DNA from: Malacoraja senta
Lineage: Eukaryota
Assembly: GCA_038087875.1 (NCBI GenBank)
Contig: JAXLNO010000446.1
Location: 682,001 to 746,000, forward strand
DNA: 64,000 nucleotides
Reading direction: 5' to 3'
Positions 12,101-22,399 of the stretch are shown piece by piece. A program made the translations under genes and the position numbers. Each line of letters starts with the position of its first letter. Position 1 is the first letter of the stretch. Below the pieces are notes generated by a model. It worked only from the letters and a program-made list of their open reading frames with translations, was not told the origin of the DNA and did not search any database.

Positions 12101-12244
12101 CCCCGGGGTCTTGAACCACTTGCAGTCCTGGTGCTTCAGACCCACCTGAGGACCTTTCTCCACCTCCCCAGGTCCGACAACAAAATAGTGCCCCTTTATT
12201 TAGACCCATCTTCACATGGAGGTACTGGGAGCTGTGTGACTCAC

Positions 12245-12357
12245 CTTCCAGCTATTGGGCTGACACTTGTTCTGCAGCCATTCCCAATGCAAGGACAGCG
12301 ATCTGTTGGTCGTCAAATCTTCACTGAGGAATCCCATGTTCTGAGCAAATATTGATG
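12245..12357 (-). CDS. AGA: AGA coding exon 4 (113 bp)
   Basis: ASIFAQNMGFLSEDLTTNRSLSLHWEWLQNKCQPNSWK. Acceptor TTTTTCCCACAG, donor AAG|GTGAGT. Confidence 0.96.
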
Positions 12358-12425
12358 CTGTGGGAAAAACTGTGTTTAAAAAAATAGCTGGGGTTGCAAG
12401 AACAATATCGTCAAATGCACTGTTA

Positions 12426-12899
12426 TGGGCCTGTCCCTCATGGCGATTATTTAGGCAACTGCCGGCGGCTGTCATAGTCGTAGCAGGTTACCGAAATACC
12501 GGCGACAACCTACGTCATCCTGGCGACAACCTACGACAGCACCTACGTCAGGAGAAGTCAAGCTACGCTCATTGGCGTCAAACCCATTGTCGCCGAAAAT
12601 GTTTCAACATGTCGAAAATTTAGCAGCGACCAGAAAGACGCTACAACTTTTTGCGCGGCTGAGGAGATGACTCCCGGCGACCACCGGCGAACATGTGGCG
12701 ACAACCTAGTCTGAAGAAGGGTTTCGGCCCGAAACGTGCCTATCTCCTTCGCTCCATAGATGCTGCTGCACCCGCTGAGTTTCTCCAGCATTTTTGTGTA
12801 CCTTCGATTTTCCAGCATCTGCAGTTCCTTCTTAAACACTAAGCGACAAACTAGTCGACTGTAGTCGCCTAAAAAAATTGCCTAAGTGGGACAGGCCCA
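12426..12899. mobile_element. PIF/Harbinger-type MITE containing a Penelope mini-element (about 12711-12840). Partial relative ends near 48610
   Basis: TIRs TGGGCCTGTCCC / GGGACAGGCCCA, 3-bp TTA TSD. Confidence 0.75.
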
Positions 12900-13917
12900 T
12901 TAAAGTGGACAATGGGTTGAGTGAGTGATAAGGAGACAAGACATGGGTGCAATGTGCAGATTAATAAGTTATTCATTAAACAGAAATATGAAATGGAATA
13001 TTTTTAAATGATGAGAACCCAGAATTATATGGGGGGCACGGTGGTGCAGAGGTAGAGATGCTGCCTCACATCGCCAGAGACCCGGGTTCCATCCTGACTA
13101 CGGGTGCTGTCTGTACGGAGTTTGTACGTTCTCCCTGTGACCGTGTGGGTTTTCCCCGGGTGCTCCGGTTTCCTCCCACACTCCAAAGACGTGCAGGTTT
13201 GTAGATTAATTGGCTTTGGTAAAGATTGTAAATTGTCCCTAGTGTGTGTAGGATAGTGCTAGTGTACGGGGATCACTGGTCAGCGCGGACTCTAAACTAA
13301 ACAAAGGGACCTGGATACATATTAAATATTGCGCTCTATGAAATATTACACCCAATAAATTAAAAAGAAAATGGTGATTTGACCCTTTTTATTATAGAGG
13401 GAGAGATGAAAGAGTGCTCATGAATAGTCATCTTAATGGAACTATGTGGATCTCAGCTGGAATAAATTATAATTATTCTAATAAATACAATTAAATATAT
13501 AAATCATGTTTTTGTGTGCATGTACTACCACAGTTGTTTTATTTTCTAACTGCGTTCAGCACTAATGACTTGTGGATACAGGGAACTGCAGATGCTGCGT
13601 TAATTCCAGAGATATTTCAGAACCCTGGAAGTTGCAAGATGGCGAGCCGGAATGTGGCGACTATCTGTGTCCTGTTCCAGAAGTGGATCTAATGTACCTC
13701 AGATTAAGTATGGTTTTTAATGGAGAGTTGTTGCCTTACAGCGCTCAATCCTGACCTCGGGTGCTGTCTGTACGGAGTTTGTACATTCTCCTGTGACTGC
13801 GTGGGCTTTCTGCGGGGGCTCCGGTCCTTCGGCCCAACATGCCCACACCAGCCAACATGTCCCACCTACACTAGTCCCACCTACCCTCGTTTAGTCATTA
13901 TCCTCCCAAACCTGTCC

Positions 13918-14117
13918 NNNNNNNNNNNNNNNNNNNNNNNNNNNNNNNNNNNNNNNNNNNNNNNNNNNNNNNNNNNNNNNNNNNNNNNNNNNNNNNNNNN
14001 NNNNNNNNNNNNNNNNNNNNNNNNNNNNNNNNNNNNNNNNNNNNNNNNNNNNNNNNNNNNNNNNNNNNNNNNNNNNNNNNNNNNNNNNNNNNNNNNNNNN
14101 NNNNNNNNNNNNNNNNN
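13918..14117. other. Assembly gap (200 N)
   Basis: N run. Confidence 1.
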
Positions 14118-15681
14118 ACTACCTGCCCCCTCGACACTGTCCCCTCTGCCCTCCTAAAGGACATCATTACAACAGCTGGTCCCAGTATCCTCGCCATCTT
14201 CAACAGCTCTCTGGCCACTGGCACTGTACCTACCTGCTTCAAGCATGCGGTGGTCGACCCCACCTTGCCAAGCAACTACAGAACCATTTCTAAACTGCCT
14301 TTCCTCTCAAAAGCCCTTGAAAAGGTAATTTTAAGTCAACTTATACCTTACCTTCACCAAAACACTATCTTGGAAACTTTCCAATCAGGTTTCAGGGCTC
14401 ACCATAGCACAGAGTCTGCCTTGTTGAAGGTACACAATGACCTACTGCTCACCGTTGACTCCGGCGACTGTGTAATTCTGCTCCTTCTTGACCTCAGCAC
14501 AGCATTTGATACTGTCGACCACACCATCCTAATTGACCGTCTCCGGTATGGGGTTGGTATTGATGGCACTGCAATGAGCTGGTTCATCTCCTACCTCAAA
14601 GGTAGGAGTTTCTCGACTAACATAGGCAACTCTTTCTCCTCCCCAGCTAATCTCTGCTGTGGGGTTCCACAAGGTTCCATCCTTGGCCCCATTCTCTTCT
14701 CCCTGTATATGCTCCCCTTAGGCCAAGTCATTGAAAGGCACGGCATTTCCTTCCATTGCTACGCAGATGATACACAACTCTATCTCCCCCTGAAGCCCCA
14801 AAACCAATCAAATCAGTTTAACCTACCCACTGCCTCGAGGATATAAAGTGTTGGATGGCCCAGAGCTTCCTCCAACTAAACGAGAGTAAGTCTGAGGTCA
14901 TCCTTCTTGACCCCTCGGACTCAATCAAAATGATAGCAGGCAGCCTTGGAAGCCTTACCCCACTACTCAAACTGAAATTTGACAAACGTCAATGCCGTGG
15001 TAAAAGCTAGCTTCTTTCAGCTTCGGTCGATAGCTAAAATAAAACAATTCCTCCAATTTGATGACCTCGAAAAGATCATCCACACATTCATCTCCTCCCG
15101 CCTAGATTACTGCAACTCCCTTTACACTGGCATCAGCCAATCTTCCCTGTCCCGCCTGCAACTGGTCCAAAACGCCGCAGCGGGACTTCTGACGGGCACC
15201 CGAAAAAGGGACCACATCACCCCGATCCTGGCCTCTCTCCACTGGCTCCCTGTGCGGTTCCGTATAAACTTCAAGATCCTCCTCTATGTCTACAAAGCCC
15301 TCAATGGGCTTGCCCCCACCTACATTAAACGTCTTCTCACCCACCACTCCACCTCTAGGCCCCTCAGATCAGCCAACTTGGGGTTGCTGAATATCCCACG
15401 GTCTCGGCATAAGCTCAGGGGCCTTTGCGGTTGCAGCCCCTAGACTGTGGAACAGCATCCCCCTTCCCATCAGAACTGCCCCCTCCATCAACTCTTTTAA
15501 GTCAAGACTAAAGACTTATCTATACTCCCAAGCCTTTCCTGACGTCCTCTGAGTGAGGGCTACATGTATATATGTATGTAGTTTGTTTTGTTGTGCTATT
15601 CTTATAACAAATGTAAAGCACTTTGGCCAACGAGAGTTGTTTTTTAAATGTGCTATATAAATAAATGTGACTTGACTTGAC
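14118..15681 (+). mobile_element. L2-clade LINE, decayed RT and 3' end
   Basis: FQSGFRAHHSTESAL, LLDLSTAFDTVDH, GVPQGSILGP, YADDTQ, SRLDYCNS, LHWLPV. Tail GCTATATAAATAAA(TGACT)n. Confidence 0.93.
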
Positions 15682-15819
15682 ACTGTGCCTGCTTGTGACC
15701 AGTTTACAAGATAATTTGAATGTAACCCCGTCAATACATGGAAACAAAACCTTAGGAAGTGTGACAGAGTTTATGTAATAATTAGGCAACATGTAACGGT
15801 AGTCAAGCTCGATTCTTAC

Positions 15820-15973
15820 CCGTTCATAATCATGGCATCCAATGTTGTCTCCCCGCGTTCGTCCGGGCTCCCTCCGTACCCCACGGTGCCGTCACACTGC
15901 GCAACCTCACACCAGCTGCATCCCTGCTCCACCGCATCTAACACTGAGCCCCCCGATGCAAGGGTGCTCCACG
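15820..15973 (-). CDS. AGA: AGA coding exon 2 (154 bp)
   Basis: [52 protein letters not shown], nearly identical to vertebrate AGA. TAG acceptor, GG|GTAAG donor, phase compatible with exon 1. Confidence 0.97.
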
Positions 15974-15979
15974 CTAGAC

Positions 15980-16336
15980 CACACACACACATGCACACAC
16001 ACACACATGCACACACGCACACAGGCACATGTACACACAGACACGCACACAGACACACACAGATACACACACACACACAAACACAACAGGCACACACACA
16101 CACACACGTACACACACAGATACACACACACACACACACACACACACGTACACAGGCACACGTACACACAGACACGCACACAGACACACGCACACACACA
16201 CACAAACACAACAGGCACACACACACACACACATGCACACACGCACACACACGTACACAGGCACACAGACACGCACAGACATACAGACACGCACACAGAC
16301 ACACACAGATACACACACACACACACACACACACAC
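15980..16336. repeat. Interrupted (CA)n microsatellite abutting the AGA exon 2 acceptor
   Basis: Read directly from sequence. Confidence 0.99.
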
Positions 16337-18239
16337 AGGGAGAAAGCAGGTTTAGGTTCATTATTGCCACGTGCACCGAGCTACAATGAAAGGTTTGTTT
16401 CGCATTCTATCCAATTAGTTCGTATAATACGACACATAAATACAATCAGTTCAAACTTAAGTACAATAGGTAGACAATAGACAATAGGTGCAGGAGTAGG
16501 CCATTCGGCCCTTCGAGCCAGCACCGCCATTCAATGTGATCATTGCTGATCATCCCCAATCAGTACCCCGTTCCTGCCTTCTCCCCATATCCCCATGACT
16601 CCGCTAACTTTAAGAGCCCTATCTAGCTCTCTCTTGAAAGTATCCAGAGAACCGGCCTCCACCGCCCTCCGAGGCAGAGAATTCCACAGATTCACAACTG
16701 TGTGAAAAAGTGTTTCCTCATCTCCGTTCTAAATGGCTTACCCCTTATTCTTAAACTGTGGCCCTTGGTTCTGGACTCCCCCAACATCGGGAACATGTTT
16801 CCTGCCTCTAACGTGTCCAAACCCTTAATAATCTTATATGTTTCAATAAGATACCCTCTCATCCTTCTAAATTCCAGAGTGTACAAGCCCAGCCGCTCCA
16901 TTCCCTCAGCATATGACAGTCCCGCCATCCCGGGAATTAACCTTGTGAACCTACGCTGCACTCCCTCAATAGCAAGAATGTCCTTCCTCAAATTTGGAGA
17001 CCAAAACTGCACACAATACTCCAGGTGTGGTCTCACTAGGGCCCTGTACAACTGCAGAAGGACCTCTTTGCTCCTATACTCAACTCCCCAGTTACCATAA
17101 AGTGCAATTAAACGATAGTATTAAAAGTACAATAAAAGCCCCATTGACCATTACAGCAAAGGGGAAGACACAGAGTGCAGAATATAGTTCACATCATTGT
17201 AGCGCATCAGTTCCAGAGACAAAGTCCAATGTCCACAATGGGGTAGATAGCTTCATTTATTTTTGCCACGTGCACCGAGATAGTGAAACGGTTTTGCTTG
17301 CGTGCTATCAGTCAAGAAGACTATACATGATTACAATCAAGCGGACCATAGTGCATAGATAAAGGATACAACATTTACTGCAAAGATATAACAATGAAGT
17401 CCGATAAAGTCCAATTAAAGATCAGTACCCTGGATTATGGAAGGACTTCAGAAGCCTGATCATTCACTTCATTCCTCCAGTATTCCTTGTTCACATACAT
17501 AACCTTTGTTTCTGATTCCACCATTTCATTACCTTTTATGCTGGCTTGTTCCAAATTTATCTCAAAAAGGAGCAATAATTCTTTCAATATGCTGAATGTT
17601 AATTCAACAAACCCAGATTTAAAAACCATGTCAACAGACAAATGTGGAGGCCAAGTCAATGGATATTGACAGATTATTGATCAGTATCAGTGTCAGGGCT
17701 TATGGAGAGAAGGCAAGAGAATTGGGTTAAGAGGGACAAAATAGGGTTTCCATTGAGGTAGATGGGAGCTGAGGCCTGCTCTCTGGTTGTGGTAGGATGG
17801 TTCAGTTGTCTAATTACAGCTGGGAAGAAACTGTCCATGAATCTGGAGGTGTGCGTTTTCACACTTCTGTACCTCTTGCCTCATGGGAGAGGGGAGAAGA
17901 GGGAGTGGCCGGGGTGAGACTGGTCCTTGATTATGCTGCTGGCCTTGCTGAGGCAGCGTGAGGTGTTGATGGAGTCAATGGAAGGGAGTCAATGATGGAC
18001 TGGGCAACATCTACAACTGCAAATACTACTCTCTGCAATTTCTGCGAATCCCTGAATCTGGAGTTTCTGAAGAAGGGCCTCAACCCGAAACGTCACCCAT
18101 TCCTTCTCTCTAGAGATGTTGCCTGTCCCGCTGAGTTACTCCAGCATCTTGTGTCCATCCACAGTTTCTTCCCAGCTGTTATCAGGCTATCTTTAATTGG
18201 AATTTGCCTTACACTAAACGTTATTCCCTTTATCATGTA

Positions 18240-19843
18240 CAGTGGCTTGCAAAAGTATTCATACCCCTTGAACTTTTCCACATTTTGTCACGTTACAACC
18301 ACAAACGTAAATTTATTTTATTGGGATTTTATGTGATAGACCAACACAAAGTGGCGCATAATTGTGAAGTGGAAGGAAAATGATACATGGTTTTCAAATT
18401 TTTTTACAAATAAAAAACTGAAAAGTGTCGCGTGCAAAAGTATTCAGCCCCCTTTACTCTGATACCCCTAAATAAAATCCAGTGCAACCAATTGCCTTCA
18501 GAAGTCACCTAATTAGTAAATAGAGTCCACGTGTGTAATCTAATCTCAGTATAAATACAGCTGTTCTGTGAAGGCCTCAGAGGTTTATTAGAGAACATTA
18601 GTGAACAAACAGCATCATGATGCCCAAGGAACACACCAGATAGGTCAGGGATAAAGTTGTGGAGAAGTTTAAAGCAGGGTTAGGTTATAAAAAAATATCC
18701 CAAGCTTTGAACATCTCACGGAGCACTGTTCAATCCATCATCCGAAAATGGAAAGAGTATGGCACAACTGCAAACCTACCAAGACATGGCCGTCCACCTA
18801 AACTGACATGCCGGGCAAGGAGAGCATTGATCAGAGAAGCAGCCAAGAGGCCCATGGTAACTCTGGAGGAGCTGCAGAAATCCACAGCTCAGGTGGGAGA
18901 ATCTGTCCACAGGACAACTATTAGTCGTGCATTCCACAAATCGGGCCTTTATGGAAGAGTGGCAAGAAGAAAGCCATTGTTGAAAAAAAAGCCATAAGAA
19001 GTCCCGTTTGCAGTTTGCCACAAGCCATGTGGGGGCACAGCAAACATGTGGAGGAAGGTGCTCTGGTCAGATGAGACCAAAATTGAAGTTTTTGGCCTAA
19101 ATGCAAAACGCTATGTGTGGCGGAAACCTAACACTGCACATCACCCTGAACACACCATCCCACTGTGAAACATGGTGGTGGCAGCATCATGCTGTGGGGA
19201 TGCTTTTCTTCAGCAGGGACAGGGAAGCTGGTCAGAGTTGATGGGAAGATGGATGGAGCCAAATACAGGGCAATCTTGGAAGAAAACCTGTTAGAGTCTG
19301 CAAAAGACTTGAGACTGGGGCAGAGGTTCACCTTCCAGCAGGACAATGACCCTAAACATACAGCCAGAGCTACAATGGAATGGTTTATATCAAAGCATAT
19401 TCATGTGTTAGAATGGCCCAGTCAAAGTCCAGACCTAAATCCAATTGAGAATCTCTGGCAAGACTTGAAAATTGCTGTTCACAGACGCTCTCCATCCAAT
19501 CTGACTGAGCATGAGCTATTTTGCAAAGAAGAATGGGCAAAAATTTCAGTCTCTAGATGTGCAAAGCTGGTAGAGACATACCCCCAAAAGACTTGCAGCT
19601 GTAATTGCAGCGAAAGGTGGTTCTACAAAGTATTGTCTCAGGGGGGCTGAATACTTTTGCACGCGACACTTTTCCGTTTTTTATTTGTAAAAAAATTTGA
19701 AAACCATGTGTCATTTTCCTTCCACTTCACAATTTGTGTTGGTCTATCACATAAAATCCCAATAAAATACATTTACATTTGTGGTTGTAATGTGACAAAA
19801 TGTGGAAAAGTTCAAGGGGTATGAAAACTTTTGCAAGCCACTG
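18240..19843 (+). mobile_element. Full-length decayed Tc1 (DD34E) transposon, Passport-like, in AGA intron 1
   Basis: TA TSD. About 200-bp TIRs starting CAGTGGCTTGCAAAA. Transposase about 18617-19635 with [27 protein letters not shown]. One early TAG and several frameshifts. Confidence 0.97.
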
Positions 19844-21366
19844 TATCTGTACACTGTGGACGGCTCGATTGTAATTATGTATTGTCTTCCCGCTGACTGG
19901 ATAGCACGCAACAAAAGCTTTTCACTGTATCTCGGTACACGTGACAATAAACTAAACTAATTGCACTGTTCCATAGCAGCACACATAACACACGCACAGT
20001 GAATGCAGAGACATCCCCAACCCCCCCCCCCCCTTCATAGTAGGGGAATCAGGAACAAGAGGCTATAGGTTGCAGGGGTGTGGGGATCCATAATCCTAGC
20101 AGTCTAAATCGTGAAATTCCCCACCCAAGGTATGAACTGACTTTCTCCATGAATTCCGAGATGTATTGTTTGATAACGGTTGCTCACTCTAACACCTGGG
20201 CGGCACAGTGGCTCAGCGGTAGAGTTGCTGCCTCACAGCGCCAGAGACCCGGGTTCCATCCTGACTACGGGTGCTGTCTGTACGCAGTTTGTACATTGTC
20301 CCCGTGATCACGTGGGTTTTCTCCGGGTGCTCCGGTTTCCTCCCACACTCCAAAGACGTGCAGGTGTCTGTGTTAATTGGCTTCGGTAGTGTAGGGTAGT
20401 GCTAGTGTACGGGGTGATCGCTGGTCAGCGCAGACTCAGTGAACTAAAAGGTCTCTTTCTGTGCTGTATCTCTAAAGTCTAAATCAGGTGTGAGCGGAGA
20501 TGGAGGTGATGTCAATAGATGCCACCTCCTTCTGGAAGCTAATTGGAGGAAGGGCAGCAAATGCCCTTGTAGTCAAAACCAAAGATCATAGAGCTCTATA
20601 ATCTTTGGTCAAAACCAGGAACTGCAGATGCTGGTTTACCACAAAAGGACAAAGTGCTGGAGTAACTCAGAGAGACATGCAGCATCTCTGGAGAACACGG
20701 ATAGGTTTTGGGTCAGGAATCTTCTTCAGACTCGGAGAGAGGAAGAGAACTTCTTCAAAGTAGGCGATGCCTTTATCTAGAACCCGCCCAGGGTTGTGAA
20801 TGTGTGGAATTCTTGGCACAGAAGACTATGGAGGCCAAGTCAGTGGATATATTTAAGGCAGAGATAGACAGGTTCTTGATTAGTGCAGGTGTCAGGGGTT
20901 ATGGGGAGAAGGCAGGAGAATGGGGTTAGGAGGGAGAGATAGTTCAGCCACAATTGAATGGCGTAGATGGGCCGAATGGCCTAATTCGGCTCCTATCACA
21001 TGATCTTATGAACTACTAGCTGCATGCACATTGTGGGGATGAATAGGAGCGGAACTCCCCGCATTGAACAGTGCAGCGGGGCTCCTCAGGAAGCTGCGTG
21101 AGTGGGGATTGCAAACAGTGCAGGTCAGGAGCACCATCATACAGGAACTGTACGCACAGCAGGCACTATGCAGTGCTGTGTGTGCACCGATATAGGAGCA
21201 CTGTGCACACACACACACCAAGACACGGGCACTGTGCACACACACACACACACACCAAGGCGCTGTGCACCACTTTGTGCACGACTAACACACACGAGCT
21301 GTGCATGCAGCAACACACGGGCTCCAGCAACTACGGGCACTGTTGTGGTGCAGCACCAACACTCAC

Positions 21367-21508
21367 CTCGCTGGGCAGCGCCTGTAAACGCCCAGGTGTT
21401 GAGCACCAGGGGCACCTGTGCAGCATCCGCAGCCTCAGCCTCATGAGCCCAGACCACCAGCACCAGCACCAGCAGCGTCACAGCCACAGCGTAGCCCGGG
21501 GGGCCCAT
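21367..21508 (-). CDS. AGA: AGA coding exon 1 (signal peptide and start of alpha subunit)
   Basis: ATG in strong Kozak context (GTTGCCATGG). MGPPGYAVAVTLLVLVLVVWAHEAEAADAAQVPLVLNTWAFTGAAQR is a hydrophobic leader plus a PLVxNTW motif matching glycosylasparaginase. Donor G|GTGAGT, phase 1. Confidence 0.93.
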
Positions 21509-21900
21509 GGCAACGGCGGCACACAGCTGTCACTCACACCGCTGCCCCGCTGCACAGCTGCACAGCTCCTCCGTCTACGGTGGCTGCACCAGCTGCAAAT
21601 GTGCATTGCACTCACGCCCAAAGCTGATTTGCTGCAATATTTGCACCAGCCCCTCTGCCCTCCTCCCCGCCTGCCCAAAGCCGGCCCCTTCCCGATAAAA
21701 CCACAATGTTTCCTTCAAAGTTTAATTCTCCCTGCCCCCTCCCCCCCCTTGAGGTAAATCCGTTTCCGTCTGTTTTGTAATGCAATCACTTTGCGTTTCT
21801 CCTTCCAGTTCCTGCATGCTCGGTATCCGGGGGGTGCGGTCACTGACAGCTGCTTCAAGCAAAGGCTTCAAGCACTGTGCACGCAAAACTCTGCAAACTT
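21509..21900 (-). promoter_or_regulatory. Probable AGA 5' UTR / proximal promoter
   Basis: Unique, relatively GC/CpG-rich DNA directly upstream of the ATG, with a GC-box-like CCCCGCC near 21665. TSS cannot be determined from sequence. Confidence 0.45.
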
Positions 21901-22399
21901 TACTTTGCATTGCAAAGTTTGTTCCTTTAGGCTAATTGGCTTGGTATTAAGTGTCAATTGTCCCCAGTGTGTGTAGAATAGTGCTAAAGTACGGGGTGAT
22001 TGCTGGTCACCGCGGACATGGTGAACGGAAGGAACTGTTGCCACAGAGAAACTGTATCTCTAAAATCATAGCGAGTGTGATATTAAAATCAGGTTGGATA
22101 CAAACCTGTCTAGCCAAATGCATATAAATCTTATCCCTCAGAATCCACTCCAGTAATTTACCTACCACAGATATTAAACTAAAAGTTCCCAGGCGTTTCC
22201 TTGAAGCTCTCCCTTAAAAATAGGCAGACGAATTATAGACAATAGGTGCAGGAGTGACCCTTCGAGCCGAATTAGCCACCCTCCAGTCTACCAGCACCTC
22301 ACCCATATATATTCCATTCAAGATTATTTGTAAATCAAATTAATGAAGTCTTCTCGCTGTGACCCTGGCATAAAATAGAATTGTAAAAACAATTAATGT

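Noticed and set aside
15832..16480. His/Thr- and Cys/Val-rich ORFs
   Set aside because: Microsatellite artefacts; only 15820-15973 (AGA exon 2) is coding.
17435..17659. 74-aa ORF in AGA intron 1
   Set aside because: No recognisable motif or splice signals, and adjacent to decayed LINE sequence.
20199..20270. tRNA-like sequences (many copies)
   Set aside because: These are SINE heads that continue into the SINE core, not tRNA genes.
21754..21808. GT...AG mini-intron of a divergent transcript upstream of AGA
   Set aside because: About 55 nt is below the normal vertebrate intron size and there is no other support.
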